Made by a program: the position numbers and the translations under genes. From a virus: a stretch of 35,928 nucleotides of DNA. Positions 21,297-31,382 of this stretch are shown here, piece after piece (the stretch's first letter is position 1; the number at the start of each line of letters is the position of its first letter). The notes beneath the pieces were generated by a model. The model ran no database searches and was not told the origin of the DNA. It was given only the letters and a program-made list of their open reading frames with translations. The DNA is taken from positions 1-35,928 of IMG/VR virus record IMGVR_UViG_3300014539_000001, one strand, 5' to 3'.

Positions 21297-23100
21297 TGAG
21301 GAAAACCGAACGGCCGTATTATCTTTTGCATCGGAAACGCCGGTAAGACGTTGGTACGGTAGTGAAGTATTGCAAATTGATACGCAAAGTGTAGATATGC
21401 AGCGTATAAAAGACGGTCTTTGTTGTCTTTTATACAACCATGATACCGATGAAGTAATCGGGAAGGTAATGCGTGCATGGATAGAAGACGGAAAGGCAAA
21501 AGCTGAAGTGTACTTCGATGATGACGAGAAGTCGGAGAGGGTATGGCAGAAAGTAAGAAAAGGCATTTTAAAAGGCGTTTCTGTTGGTTATATCGTAGAC
21601 GTATGGGAAAAAGTCGAGGAGGGTGCCGTTTCTACAAATGGTCGTATAACGGGTCCAGCATATATTGCAACTCGTTGGAATGTATATGAAGTATCTATTG
21701 TATCCGTGCCGGCAGATTCAGAAGTGGGTGTCGGCAGGGCACAAAATATGCAAGAAGGAGAAACAGGAATGGGAACAAACCCGCAAGAAGGTAATAATCG
21801 TAGCCAGGCAAATAATATTTCGCCGCTTACAGATAAAAATGAAGGACAAACGGAAAATGAACGTGTAAGAGGCATTGTAAGCTTATGCAGAGAGTTCAAC
21901 ATTGAGAATGAAAGAATGGATAAATTTCTGGCCAATAGAAACATGACAATCCGTGATGTGGAACATGAAATTTTAGAAGGTCTTAAGCGTGATAATAAAC
22001 CATCTAATACAGCAAAAGCACAGGTTGGTACAGAAGAAAGAGAAAAATTCAGAGCTGCAGCAACGGATGCCATTATGATGCGTGAGGGTTTTAATATCGA
22101 AAAGCCAGCACCTGGCGCAACTGAATTGATGGGCGCTGGTATCCGTGATTATATGATTTATTGTGTAAAACGAGAGCAACCAGAATTAAGAAATCTTGAA
22201 TTTATGGATGTACAGGAACTGGCACGTGTAGCAATGACTGGCACTGGAGCTCTTCCAGGCATTTTAAGTAATGTGGCTAATAAATCTATGGCACAGGCTT
22301 ATGCTATGGCGAATACGACATATCAAACGTGGACTAGTAAAGGAAATAATAAGGATTTTAAGGAAGCAACGCGCTATCGTATTGGTGAAGCTGGAGAACT
22401 TTTAGAAATAAAAGAAAGTGGCGAATTTAAATTTGATACCTTAAAAGAAGCTTCTGCGAGAGCTAAAGTATTAACTTATGGTCGTGCATGGTCTCTTACA
22501 CGTCAAGCAATTATAAATGATGATTTGGGAGCATTAACAACAATTCCGACAAAATATGCTTATGCGGCTGTTTTGGGTATCAACAAATTGGTTTATAAAA
22601 CGCTGGCGGATACATCCACGTTGTTTACATCCACTCGTAAAAATCTCGGTACAGCAGGAAAATTAAGTGTTACAACGCTCGGAGAAGCCCGTAAGTTAAT
22701 GCGTAACTTTACTAATATTGGTAGTAAGGAAAAATTAAATATTGCCCCAAAATTCTTGATTGTACCGTCTACATTAGAAACGGAAGCACAGCAACTTTTA
22801 CAGTCAACGGCAGATCCGCAAGGTGCAAACAGTGGTGTAAATAATCCGTTCAGAAATGCGCTTACACTTGTCTGTGATAGTGAACTTGACCAGTATAGTG
22901 AAACAGCTTGGTATTTGGCAGCTGATCCGATGCTTGCTGGTGGTGGCATTGAAGTAACGTACTTGAATGGTAAGAACAGTCCGACTATAGACAGTCAAGT
23001 ATCTTTTAAAAATCTTGGTATGGATTTTCGTATCTATATTGATTATGGCGTTAATATCATTGATTGGCGTGCTTTTGTTAAAAATGCAGGTCAGGCGTAA
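21220..23100 (+). CDS. Fusion of prohead protease (HK97/S78-type), a linker/scaffold-like region and the major capsid protein.
   Basis: The N-terminal 190 aa (FASETPVRRWYG...LYNHD...VIGKV...KGVSVGY) fit the prohead protease pattern. A charged linker follows, then a roughly 330-aa capsid-like domain. SD AGGAGGAAG precedes ATG 21220. Confidence 0.75.
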   Translation: MQQKVNPTEQKVPQTREITLTQEAINEENRTAVLSFASETPVRRWYGSEVLQIDTQSVDMQRIKDGLCCLLYNHDTDEVIGKVMRAWIEDGKAKAEVYFDDDEKSERVWQKVRKGILKGVSVGYIVDVWEKVEEGAVSTNGRITGPAYIATRWNVYEVSIVSVPADSEVGVGRAQNMQEGETGMGTNPQEGNNRSQANNISPLTDKNEGQTENERVRGIVSLCREFNIENERMDKFLANRNMTIRDVEHEILEGLKRDNKPSNTAKAQVGTEEREKFRAAATDAIMMREGFNIEKPAPGATELMGAGIRDYMIYCVKREQPELRNLEFMDVQELARVAMTGTGALPGILSNVANKSMAQAYAMANTTYQTWTSKGNNKDFKEATRYRIGEAGELLEIKESGEFKFDTLKEASARAKVLTYGRAWSLTRQAIINDDLGALTTIPTKYAYAAVLGINKLVYKTLADTSTLFTSTRKNLGTAGKLSVTTLGEARKLMRNFTNIGSKEKLNIAPKFLIVPSTLETEAQQLLQSTADPQGANSGVNNPFRNALTLVCDSELDQYSETAWYLAADPMLAGGGIEVTYLNGKNSPTIDSQVSFKNLGMDFRIYIDYGVNIIDWRAFVKNAGQA

Positions 23101-23118
23101 GAAAGAGAGGTACAAAAG

Positions 23119-23469
23119 ATGAGTGATTTTATTCAGATTGGTGAAAAAATGGACTTCCTTAACAATACAGGGGCTGATATCGCATATTATGATGTTGTAC
23201 CTGTTGGCACTGCTTGTATTGGCGTGGCGGAGATGGAAATACCGCAAAAGGAAATGGGAACAGTTAATTTAGAAGGTGTTTGGGAACTCACGGCGGATAA
23301 TGCAACGGTGTTTAATGTCGGAGATATGCTTTACTGGAATACTGCCGGAAAGAAACTTACCAAAACAAACACCGATGTACCGGCAGGAATTTGCGTGTTA
23401 AAAAAAGACGCTTCCACAGAAACGGCAAGAGTAAAACTTTTAGGCAATGGAATACCGACAGGAGAGTAA
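23119..23469 (+). CDS. DUF2190-type head decoration/cement protein.
   Basis: 116 aa directly after the capsid gene. Gly-rich beta pattern (VGDMLYWNTAGKKLT). Confidence 0.55.
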   Translation: MSDFIQIGEKMDFLNNTGADIAYYDVVPVGTACIGVAEMEIPQKEMGTVNLEGVWELTADNATVFNVGDMLYWNTAGKKLTKTNTDVPAGICVLKKDASTETARVKLLGNGIPTGE

Positions 23470-23514
23470 TAAAAGCTATCTATAAAAAAAGGATGGCTTT
23501 TTTTGAGGTAAAAC

Positions 23515-23841
23515 ATGAACGATTTTGAAAAAATGGTGTTGCATGACCATAAAAAAATTTTTTTAAATCCGCATGAATTGGGGCAGGAACATAATTTAAA
23601 CGGGAGTATTTGTCTTGCAAGTGTACAGTCTTTAACGGATAAGGAAAAATTAGTACAGCAAAATGTGGATTTTGGCAGGCTTGCCGGAGAAACTATAAAC
23701 GTATTTTGTACGGAATACGATTTACAGGAAAAACCGTTTAAAGGTCAGTTATTCAGATTGGATGGGAAAGTTTATTATGTGCAGGAGGTTGTAGATAATT
23801 ATGGTATGCTTAAAATCACTTTAGGAGTGAACAAGCCATGA
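23515..23841 (+). CDS. Putative head-tail adaptor / head completion protein.
   Basis: Position only. Confidence 0.4.
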   Translation: MNDFEKMVLHDHKKIFLNPHELGQEHNLNGSICLASVQSLTDKEKLVQQNVDFGRLAGETINVFCTEYDLQEKPFKGQLFRLDGKVYYVQEVVDNYGMLKITLGVNKP

Positions 23842-24467
23842 GCTTTGTTGTAGATACAAAAGATTTGGAAAGAGTGCGTAAAATGCTTGCCGGCGTGCCG
23901 CACGGGTCTGAAAAAGCCGTGGCGAATGCTATTAACAAATCTGCTCGAACGGCGGTTACTGGAGTTATAAAAGGTTTAAGAAAAAACTATACAGTAAATT
24001 CAAAGCACATAAGAAAGAACGGTTTTAACATAAAACGTGCCAATGCGGGAAATTTAGCAGCCGTTATCACGATAAGAGGCAGAGTTTTAGGATTAAATAA
24101 TTTCTTTATGACCCCGAAAGAACCTGCAAGAGAAATTCCATTTGCTAGAGTAAAAAAAGGCGGAGGCGGCAGTTTTCCGGGTGCTTTTGTTGCACGCATG
24201 AAATCAGGGCATGTAGGAATTTTTCAGAGGCTTCAGGACGGAACACACGGTAATATAAAAAAATATATGCAGGGATATAAACCGAGAGCCAAAAGAAAAG
24301 GAAATGGTCAAACAAAAGGGCGTGCCAGTATCTCCGAATTTTATGGACCGTCTGCTTCTTATATGGCAAAAAATCCTGAAATTCATGCAGATATGACACT
24401 TGATGTAAAAAATACCTTTGAAACAGAACTAAGTAGACAAATCGGTAATATTTTAAAGAAAGAGTGA
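23838..24467 (+). CDS. Putative head-tail joining / tail completion protein (GpZ- or gp10-like).
   Basis: Position, plus N-terminal similarity to the minor-tail-Z / HK97 gp10 style (..LAGVP..SEKAVANAINKSARTA..). Confidence 0.4.
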   Translation: MSFVVDTKDLERVRKMLAGVPHGSEKAVANAINKSARTAVTGVIKGLRKNYTVNSKHIRKNGFNIKRANAGNLAAVITIRGRVLGLNNFFMTPKEPAREIPFARVKKGGGGSFPGAFVARMKSGHVGIFQRLQDGTHGNIKKYMQGYKPRAKRKGNGQTKGRASISEFYGPSASYMAKNPEIHADMTLDVKNTFETELSRQIGNILKKE

Positions 24468-24471
24468 TATT

Positions 24472-24954
24472 TTGGCAGCAATCGAATTGACACAGGAAAT
24501 AGTTAATTTTTTGAAAAAGATTAATAAAAATTACGACAGTAGAAATGAAAAAGAAATTGCCGTTGTCGAAGGATTTATACCGGATATGTCACATGTGTGC
24601 GACCTTGAAAAATTATGCCCGCGTATTATTGTGCGGGCATATCAAATTGAGGACAGTGATAAGGATTTATCCGGCGGTGTTGCTGATATAAAAGTGCTTA
24701 TTACTTTTTTGACATATGAAGAAATAGATGAAGATGCTTACCTTTTAATTTATAACTGGGTGGAAAAAAACCGCCGTGCATTATTAAAACACAGACATTT
24801 AGGGGCGTATGTTTTAATGCTACCGATGACAACGCGCGTTTTAGATGAGGATAGCCAACCCAGACCAATGTGGGGAGCTTATATAGAAGCAACTTATCAG
24901 ACGGTAAGTATAGAAGAGGATGGACTGATTGAAGATGACTACGGATACGAATAA
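24472..24954 (+). CDS. Putative neck/tail terminator protein (TTG start).
   Basis: Position only. Confidence 0.35.
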   Translation: MAAIELTQEIVNFLKKINKNYDSRNEKEIAVVEGFIPDMSHVCDLEKLCPRIIVRAYQIEDSDKDLSGGVADIKVLITFLTYEEIDEDAYLLIYNWVEKNRRALLKHRHLGAYVLMLPMTTRVLDEDSQPRPMWGAYIEATYQTVSIEEDGLIEDDYGYE

Positions 24955-25192
24955 CAGCACAGCAGTAATTTATATCGGCCCTATGATTGTGAAGTATGAT
25001 TTAGTGCCGAATAAATGCTTTAAAAAAGGTATTCCATATGATTATCCACCGTATAAACAGCTTTTTACTGAATATAATTTATTTAAATATTTATTCGCTG
25101 CGCCGAAAGAATTGATTGCTAAAAAACGTAATTTAAAATTGGTGGGAACGGTGGAAAATCAGGCGGTAAACCAGTTGAAAGAAGGGAAATAG
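24929..25192 (+). CDS. Hypothetical structural-module protein (87 aa).
   Basis: Position upstream of the sheath gene. Confidence 0.4.
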   Translation: MKMTTDTNNSTAVIYIGPMIVKYDLVPNKCFKKGIPYDYPPYKQLFTEYNLFKYLFAAPKELIAKKRNLKLVGTVENQAVNQLKEGK

Positions 25193-25196
25193 ATAA

Positions 25197-26648
25197 ATGC
25201 CAACGACATATAAACACGGGATTTACATTCAGGAGCAGGAAACATCTTTAGTTCCTACAATAGAGGTAAGTGCAGGGCTTCCTGTCGTAGTCGGTACGGC
25301 ACCGGTACATCTTGCAACGGACGCGGTACCGGCAAACAAGGCAACGCTTATTTATAACTATGCCGATGCGGCGTCTCAATTCGGGTATTCAGACGACTGG
25401 GACAATTATACTTTATGCGAGTATATGGACGCCGCTTTCAGCAAAAACAGCATAAGCCCCGTCATTTTTATAAATGTTTTGGATATAACAAAACATAAAC
25501 AGACGGTGGCAAGTACACAGAAAACACTTGTAAATAAAGAAATAACCCTAAATGAACCGGTAATTTTATCGACTTTAGTCGTGAAAAAAGACGACGCAGG
25601 AGAATCGCTTATTAAAGATACGGATTATCTGGCAGCTTACAATGATGACGGACAGCTTGTTATAAGCATATTAAAAGAAGATATTGAGGACAGTATTTAT
25701 GTTGCTTATGATAAAATCGATCCGTCTGCAATTGATAAAGATGATATTATCGGTGGGGTTGACACGGCGACGGGACAGAATACAGGACTTGAAGCAGTGG
25801 CGGACGTTTATCCGTTGTATAACCTTGTGCCGGGACAGATAATCGTACCGAAATACAGCTCTGACAGTGAAGTTGCCGCCGTAATGGATGCTAAATGCGA
25901 AAATATAAACGGCAGTTTTCGCTGTATTGCACTTATAGATGTGGATACAAACGCCGTTAAAAAATATACGGATGTTAATAATTGGAAAAACCAGAATAAT
26001 ATTTCTACGGCAAATCAGGTATGTTATTGGCCTATGGTTTCTCTTGGAAATAAAAAATATCACATGTCGGTTTTAGCTTCCTGTGTAACTTTAAATACAG
26101 ATGCGCAACATGATGATGTACCGTTTAAATCCCCGAGTAATGAAACAATAGTCGGAGACGGATTGTGTTTAGCGGACGAAACGGAAGTTGTTTTCGGCAA
26201 GGATATTGCCAATTATTTGAACGGTATCGGCACAGTTACGGCGATAAATCAGAATGGTTGGAAACTTTGGGGCAATAATACGGCTGCATATCCGGGAACA
26301 ACGGACCCGAAAGACAGGTGGATTGCCTGCCGCCGCATGATGAACTGGATAGGCAACACGCTTCAGACGACGTTTTTCTCTAAAGTGGACAATCCGATAA
26401 GACCGCGTTTTGTGGAAAATATAGTAAATTCCGCAAACGACTGGCTTAATGGACTTACGGCGCAACAGGTTATTTTAGGCGGCAGAGTTGAATTTCTGCA
26501 ATCCGAAAATCCTACAACAGATTTAATAAATGGAAAAGTAATGTATCATGTTTATATCGGATTGCCTGTTCCGGCGGAAAATATCACATTTACACTTGAG
26601 TTTGATGTAGCGTATTATGATACATTATTCGCCTCGATGACGGCATAA
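25197..26648 (+). CDS. Contractile tail sheath protein.
   Basis: 483 aa. The N-terminus TYKHGIYIQEQETSLVPTIEVSAGLPVVVGTAP is typical of P2 FI / Mu L sheaths. Confidence 0.9.
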   Translation: MPTTYKHGIYIQEQETSLVPTIEVSAGLPVVVGTAPVHLATDAVPANKATLIYNYADAASQFGYSDDWDNYTLCEYMDAAFSKNSISPVIFINVLDITKHKQTVASTQKTLVNKEITLNEPVILSTLVVKKDDAGESLIKDTDYLAAYNDDGQLVISILKEDIEDSIYVAYDKIDPSAIDKDDIIGGVDTATGQNTGLEAVADVYPLYNLVPGQIIVPKYSSDSEVAAVMDAKCENINGSFRCIALIDVDTNAVKKYTDVNNWKNQNNISTANQVCYWPMVSLGNKKYHMSVLASCVTLNTDAQHDDVPFKSPSNETIVGDGLCLADETEVVFGKDIANYLNGIGTVTAINQNGWKLWGNNTAAYPGTTDPKDRWIACRRMMNWIGNTLQTTFFSKVDNPIRPRFVENIVNSANDWLNGLTAQQVILGGRVEFLQSENPTTDLINGKVMYHVYIGLPVPAENITFTLEFDVAYYDTLFASMTA

Positions 26649-26660
26649 GGAGGTAAAAAA

Positions 26661-27176
26661 ATGAAACTGCCGACACATATAGAAAAAGCGAAATGTTATG
26701 ACGCGGATAATAATATGCAGTATGTAGGAATGGCAAGTATAACGCTTCCGAGTATAGAAAAGAAAAAAGCGACTATTGAAGGTATGGGCGTAATGGGCAC
26801 GATAGAAAACCCGACACGCCGAGCACTCGAAAGTATGACGCTTTCTTCTACATTCCGCGGGCTGACGGATAATAATATGGAGCTTTTAAACGGTGTTAAA
26901 TCTTTAGACTACAGAGCGGCGTTAAATGTTTATGATACAGCTCTGAAAGTAAATCGCACCGTACAAATACGCGTTGCAGTAACAGGACCCGTTTCAACTT
27001 ACGATTTAGGCGAAGCGGAAGTATCCAACGCCATGAGCGTACAGGCGGACATTGAGGTCTATAATCTTAAAGTCTGGCTTGATAAAAAACCGAAAATTGA
27101 GTTCGATAAATGGAATGAAATTTACAGAATAAACGGCATAGATGTAGCAAGCGACGTTGATGAAGCCGTAGATTGA
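26661..27176 (+). CDS. Tail tube protein (P2 FII-like).
   Basis: 171 aa after the sheath gene. The ..ITLPSIEKKKATIEGMGVMGTIENP.. pattern is present. Confidence 0.85.
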   Translation: MKLPTHIEKAKCYDADNNMQYVGMASITLPSIEKKKATIEGMGVMGTIENPTRRALESMTLSSTFRGLTDNNMELLNGVKSLDYRAALNVYDTALKVNRTVQIRVAVTGPVSTYDLGEAEVSNAMSVQADIEVYNLKVWLDKKPKIEFDKWNEIYRINGIDVASDVDEAVD

Positions 27177-27184
27177 GGTGAAAT

Positions 27185-27499
27185 ATGTTTATTTTAGAAT
27201 TACAGGAGCCGCTTAAATACGGCACAAATGAATATAAAAAATTAGAATTTGACTTTGAGAAATTGCGCGGCCAGGATTTTATCGACGCGGAAAGTGAAGT
27301 AAGAAAAACGAGGCCGGGTATTTTGTTCGTCGAAGCGGATGCGCAGTTTTTAATGGAACTTGCGGCAAAAGCGGCAGGTGTTTCCAGTGTGATTTTAGCT
27401 GATTTATCTGCAAAGGACTTTTGCAAAATAAAAAGCGTAGCAAGAAATTTTATGAATGTTTCGCTGGGAGTTCTGCCGGAAAAATCGAAACAGTACTGA
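27185..27499 (+). CDS. Tail assembly chaperone (P2 gpE-like).
   Basis: 104 aa between the tube and tape measure genes. The -1 frame is open from 27403 to 27660. Confidence 0.75.
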   Translation: MFILELQEPLKYGTNEYKKLEFDFEKLRGQDFIDAESEVRKTRPGILFVEADAQFLMELAAKAAGVSSVILADLSAKDFCKIKSVARNFMNVSLGVLPEKSKQY

Positions 27500-27660
27500 A
27501 AAACTTCAGGAGAAATATAATCTATCTTTCAAGGCATACTCATACACCGATAAACGTGTATTTGAATATGCCTGTTTTTGAATTGTATAAATGGATGCAA
27601 ATTACCGGAGAAATCCTTAGAAGTGAGGTGAAAAATATCCGTGGCAAGCAAAACATATGA
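27403..27660 (+). CDS. Frameshift extension of the tail chaperone (E-prime part), reached by a -1 shift from 27185-27499.
   Basis: The -1 frame is open from the stop at 27400-27402 to 27660 and overlaps the tape measure start. This is the conserved chaperone arrangement. Confidence 0.6.
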   Translation, partial: FICKGLLQNKKRSKKFYECFAGSSAGKIETVLKNFRRNIIYLSRHTHTPINVYLNMPVFELYKWMQITGEILRSEVKNIRGKQNI

Positions 27661-29680
27661 TTTTGCTTTTAAAATTCTCGGCGGTCTTGACCCGCAATTT
27701 GCCCGTTCGTTTCAACAGGCAACAGGACAGATAAAAAACCATAACAGAACGCTTTCCGAGCTTGAACAGAATTTAAAAGCAATGGAAGATGCGTATCGGA
27801 AAGGTATAATATCAGAACGCTCCTTTACGAACAACAAATCTGCACTTATTAATAAAATAAATCAGGAAACACAGGCAATCGAAAAACTTACACAACAACA
27901 AAAAGAATACCAGGAAGCACAAAATGCAATATCCGGTTTAGGCGGCGGAATAAGCGGAGCGGTCAGCGGCATAGCGGCGGGCTTAGGCGTCGGAGCAGTA
28001 TTGTCTCAAGTTGGAGCTTATCAGCAGGCGCTTGGACAGGCTCAGGCGCTTACGGGTGCAGTAGGTCAGGACTGGGAAAATATAAGCACAGCAATAAATA
28101 ATACGTATTTAACAGGGCTGGGCGCAGATTTGCAGGATGTGGCAAATTCCACAGGCCAAATAAGACAGATTATAGGCAACTTGGGTACGGATATAGATAA
28201 AGCCGTACAGCACGCTCTTGTTTTGCGCGATACCTTCGGAATGGAAATAACGGAATCGGCACGCGCGGCAAAAGTAATGATGGAACAGTTCCGTATAAGC
28301 GAACAGCAGGCGTACACTTTAATGGCTCAAGGTGCGCAGCTCGGCGCGGATAAAAACGGCGATTTACTTGATACACTAAATGAATACAGCGTACAATTTA
28401 AACAACTCGGTTTCGACGCTGAAAGTTTTATGAACATCTTAGTCGCCGGAGCAAATAGCGGAGTATGGTCAATTGATAAAATCGGAGATGCCGTAAAGGA
28501 ATTCGGCATAAGAGTAAAAGACGGCAGTAAAACAACAGCGGAAGGATTTTCAACAATTGGGTTAGATGTCGATGAAATGGCACAAAAATTTGCCAAAGGC
28601 GGCGAAAGTGCGCAAAATGCTTTTCTTGAAACGATAAATGCGCTTAAAGCTGTAGATGACCCTGTTCAAAGAAATATTGCGGGTGTGAACTTATTCGGCA
28701 CTATGTGGGAAGATATGGGCGAAAAAGCCGTTTTTGCGCTTGCTGATACGAATAATGCCGTAAATATGAATGGTCAAACGTTAGATGATATAACGAATAA
28801 CAAATTAAATAATTTTAATACTGCAATAACAAAACTCGGCAGGGTGTTAATGGTAAATATAATTGCTCCTTTATCAGAACAATTAACACCGGCAATAAAC
28901 GCTTTTTCCGAAGCAATTTCCGCTATTAATCCGGATGTACTTGTTGCGGCAATAGCAGGTATCGGTGCGGCGATAGCGGCATTTCAAATCGGTTCTTTTC
29001 TGGCAAGTTTTGGCGGTATTGCGGCAGCGGCTACAGCAGCAGGGGCTGCGATTACGGCTATATCGTGGCCAATAATAGCAGCAACCGTGGTAATCGGTGC
29101 ACTTGTAGCAGCCGGTGTATATCTTTATCAAAACTGGGATGTTATTTCTGCAAAGGCTAGTGAGCTGTACGATAATGTTTCCGCTTCTTTTGCTGAACTT
29201 TACAACAGTGTAATAAGTGAAATAAACCGAATTACAGCAGAAGGTATGGCATTATGGGAACAATTCACCAGTTTTCTATCTCATCCGATTGACAGTACGA
29301 TAAATTTAGTCAGAAATATAATTACAAATGATGACGGCGGAGCAGATGTGCCGGGGTTTGCCAGCGGCGGTCTTATAAATCGACCGACACTGGCAACATT
29401 TGCAGAAAATTCTCCTGAAATGGCAATCCCGATTAACGGTTCTGACCGTTCTATCGGGCTTTGGCAACAGGCAGGACAAATGCTCGGTGTAGATAGCAGT
29501 ATTCCGGCATCTTCCAATACAACAAATTATGGCGGCAATATTACATTTGCTCCGACGATTACAATTCAGGGAAATGCAGACAGAGTGGATATACAGTCAG
29601 CAGTGAAAGACGCATATTCCGAGTTTAAAAACATGATGAGCAGATATGCACGAGAACAAAGGCGGCTGAGCTATGAATGA
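27641..29680 (+). CDS. Tape measure protein.
   Basis: 679 aa. Coiled-coil N-terminus, Gly/Ala-rich hydrophobic segments, position after E/E-prime. GTG start with SD GAGGTGA. Confidence 0.9.
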   Translation: MASKTYDFAFKILGGLDPQFARSFQQATGQIKNHNRTLSELEQNLKAMEDAYRKGIISERSFTNNKSALINKINQETQAIEKLTQQQKEYQEAQNAISGLGGGISGAVSGIAAGLGVGAVLSQVGAYQQALGQAQALTGAVGQDWENISTAINNTYLTGLGADLQDVANSTGQIRQIIGNLGTDIDKAVQHALVLRDTFGMEITESARAAKVMMEQFRISEQQAYTLMAQGAQLGADKNGDLLDTLNEYSVQFKQLGFDAESFMNILVAGANSGVWSIDKIGDAVKEFGIRVKDGSKTTAEGFSTIGLDVDEMAQKFAKGGESAQNAFLETINALKAVDDPVQRNIAGVNLFGTMWEDMGEKAVFALADTNNAVNMNGQTLDDITNNKLNNFNTAITKLGRVLMVNIIAPLSEQLTPAINAFSEAISAINPDVLVAAIAGIGAAIAAFQIGSFLASFGGIAAAATAAGAAITAISWPIIAATVVIGALVAAGVYLYQNWDVISAKASELYDNVSASFAELYNSVISEINRITAEGMALWEQFTSFLSHPIDSTINLVRNIITNDDGGADVPGFASGGLINRPTLATFAENSPEMAIPINGSDRSIGLWQQAGQMLGVDSSIPASSNTTNYGGNITFAPTITIQGNADRVDIQSAVKDAYSEFKNMMSRYAREQRRLSYE

Positions 29681-29873
29681 ATACAAAACCTTGCAAGGAG
29701 ATACATGGGACTTAATCGCATTTAATAAACTTGGCGGTGAACAGTACACGGACAGGCTTATAGAAGCAAATTTAAATTACCGGGAATATGTAGTATTTCC
29801 GGCAAATATAACGCTTGTTCTGCCGGAAATACAAACGCCGAAAACAATGATACTTCCGCCGTGGAAGAGGTGA
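29673..29873 (+). CDS. Tail protein X (LysM-like, P2 gpX family).
   Basis: YKTLQGDTWDLIAFNKLG...ANLNY...VFPANITLVLPEI. Confidence 0.8.
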   Translation: MNEYKTLQGDTWDLIAFNKLGGEQYTDRLIEANLNYREYVVFPANITLVLPEIQTPKTMILPPWKR

Positions 29874-29877
29874 GAAT

Positions 29878-30882
29878 ATGATAGGACGGCAGAATATACC
29901 GAAAGTACTCTATAACAACAAAGATATTACGCAGGATTTAGCACGATTTTTAGAAAGTATAAGCTACAATGACCCTTTAAGTGATAAAGCCGACGATTTG
30001 ACGCTTACCGTAGATAATTCGCTTAAACTTTGGAATAATAATTGGCTGCCGGAAAAAGGCGCAATGCTCGAAGTTTCTTTGATATCCAAAATGGACAATA
30101 AAGAAGAAGTTTACCCGCTCGGAAAGTTTGAAATCGACGAAATTGAAGTAAGCGGCACACCGTCTGTCGCACAAATAAAAGCCGTATCCATTCCGGATAA
30201 TGCAATGCTTCGTGGTGTAGATAAAAACAAATCCTGGGAAAAATACACCCTGTCTCAAATAGCGCAGGATATAGCAAATATTGCCAAAATGGAGCTTATT
30301 TACAGCGCGGATACCAACCCTGTAATCGAACGCGCGGAAGTTACGGAGGAAAGTTATCTGGCATTTTTACAAAAATTGTGCATCGATAACGGTATGGCAT
30401 TAAAAGTGTCGAACATGAAGCTGATAATTTTTGAGGAATACAAATACGAGCAACAGGAACCTACCGCTGAAATAGATTTTTCGGTGCAACGTGTAATTTC
30501 ATACAGGTTTACAAGCAAATTGCGGGATACTTATAAATCATGTCATATAAAATATACGGATACGAATACGGGGCAGACATATGAAGGCACATTCACAGAT
30601 GAAAACAAACAGACGGGACAGACGCTGGAGATAAATAAGCAGGTTATTTCCATTGCGGACGCTGAACGATTGGCAAAACAGGAACTCAGGAACACGAATA
30701 AAGATGAACTTACAGCCGATATCGAGATTGAAACGGCTGTTTTCTATTATGCAGGGCAAACAATTAATATAAAAAATATGGGTGCATTTTCCGGTAAATA
30801 TATAATTACAAATGTATCCTACGATATAAGCAGCGGTATGAATGTAAAACTAACGATAAGGCGGTGTCTGAATGGCTACTGA
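29878..30882 (+). CDS. Late control D / tail hub protein (P2 gpD, Mu gp44-like).
   Basis: 334 aa, by position and general pattern. Confidence 0.75.
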   Translation: MIGRQNIPKVLYNNKDITQDLARFLESISYNDPLSDKADDLTLTVDNSLKLWNNNWLPEKGAMLEVSLISKMDNKEEVYPLGKFEIDEIEVSGTPSVAQIKAVSIPDNAMLRGVDKNKSWEKYTLSQIAQDIANIAKMELIYSADTNPVIERAEVTEESYLAFLQKLCIDNGMALKVSNMKLIIFEEYKYEQQEPTAEIDFSVQRVISYRFTSKLRDTYKSCHIKYTDTNTGQTYEGTFTDENKQTGQTLEINKQVISIADAERLAKQELRNTNKDELTADIEIETAVFYYAGQTINIKNMGAFSGKYIITNVSYDISSGMNVKLTIRRCLNGY

Positions 30883-31279
30883 TAATAATATTATTCGCGA
30901 AGGAATTGTTTCCACTGTAGACCCCGAAACAATGACGGCAACTGTGATTTTTCCCGATAAGGACAATACCGTTTCCGGTCCTTTGAAAATAGGTACACAG
31001 GGAAGTCGTGAAGATAAAATGGCATGGCTGCCGCTTCCGGGAGACCCTGTGGCATGTGTAATGAAGCAGAATAATACAACCAGCTTAAACCAGGGCTTTA
31101 TTATCTGTACGTTTTTTAATGAACAAAATAAACCTCCCGATGATATCGGAACAGGAAAGCGGATTTTAAATTTCGGCGACGGTACGAAGATAACTTACGA
31201 TAAAAATTCTCATGAACTTAGAATTGACTGTGTAGGGAAAATATATATAAACGGTTCAGAGATACATTTAAATGAATGA
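30872..31279 (+). CDS. Baseplate spike / assembly protein V.
   Basis: GIVSTVDPETMTATVIFPDKDNTVSGPLKI is the gpV OB-fold N-terminus. Confidence 0.75.
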   Translation: MATDNNIIREGIVSTVDPETMTATVIFPDKDNTVSGPLKIGTQGSREDKMAWLPLPGDPVACVMKQNNTTSLNQGFIICTFFNEQNKPPDDIGTGKRILNFGDGTKITYDKNSHELRIDCVGKIYINGSEIHLNE

Positions 31280-31307
31280 AAAATCATATTTTATGAATAT
31301 TGTTTAA

Positions 31308-31368
31308 ATGTAATTTATATGTAATTATTAGATTTTTATACAGATTAATAATGTAATAATGATGTAAT
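31308..31368. repeat. Four phased ATGTAAT repeats in the AT-rich spacer upstream of the PAAR gene.
   Basis: Copies at 31308, 31319, 31351 and 31362 form two pairs spaced 11 bp apart. Confidence 0.6.
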
Positions 31369-31382
31369 AAAGAGGTGATAAG

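Noticed and set aside
20895-22949. Long minus-strand ORFs inside the portal/capsid region (20895-21566, 21588-22073, 22593-22949). There are similar ones in sheath (25671-26063), tape measure (28066-29517), gpD (29977-30759) and J (32964-33737).
   Set aside because: All lie antisense to plus-strand genes with clear family signatures. They have no SD, their composition is odd (Cys/Arg/Phe/Ser-rich), and they are the expected shadow ORFs of GC-richer coding sequence.
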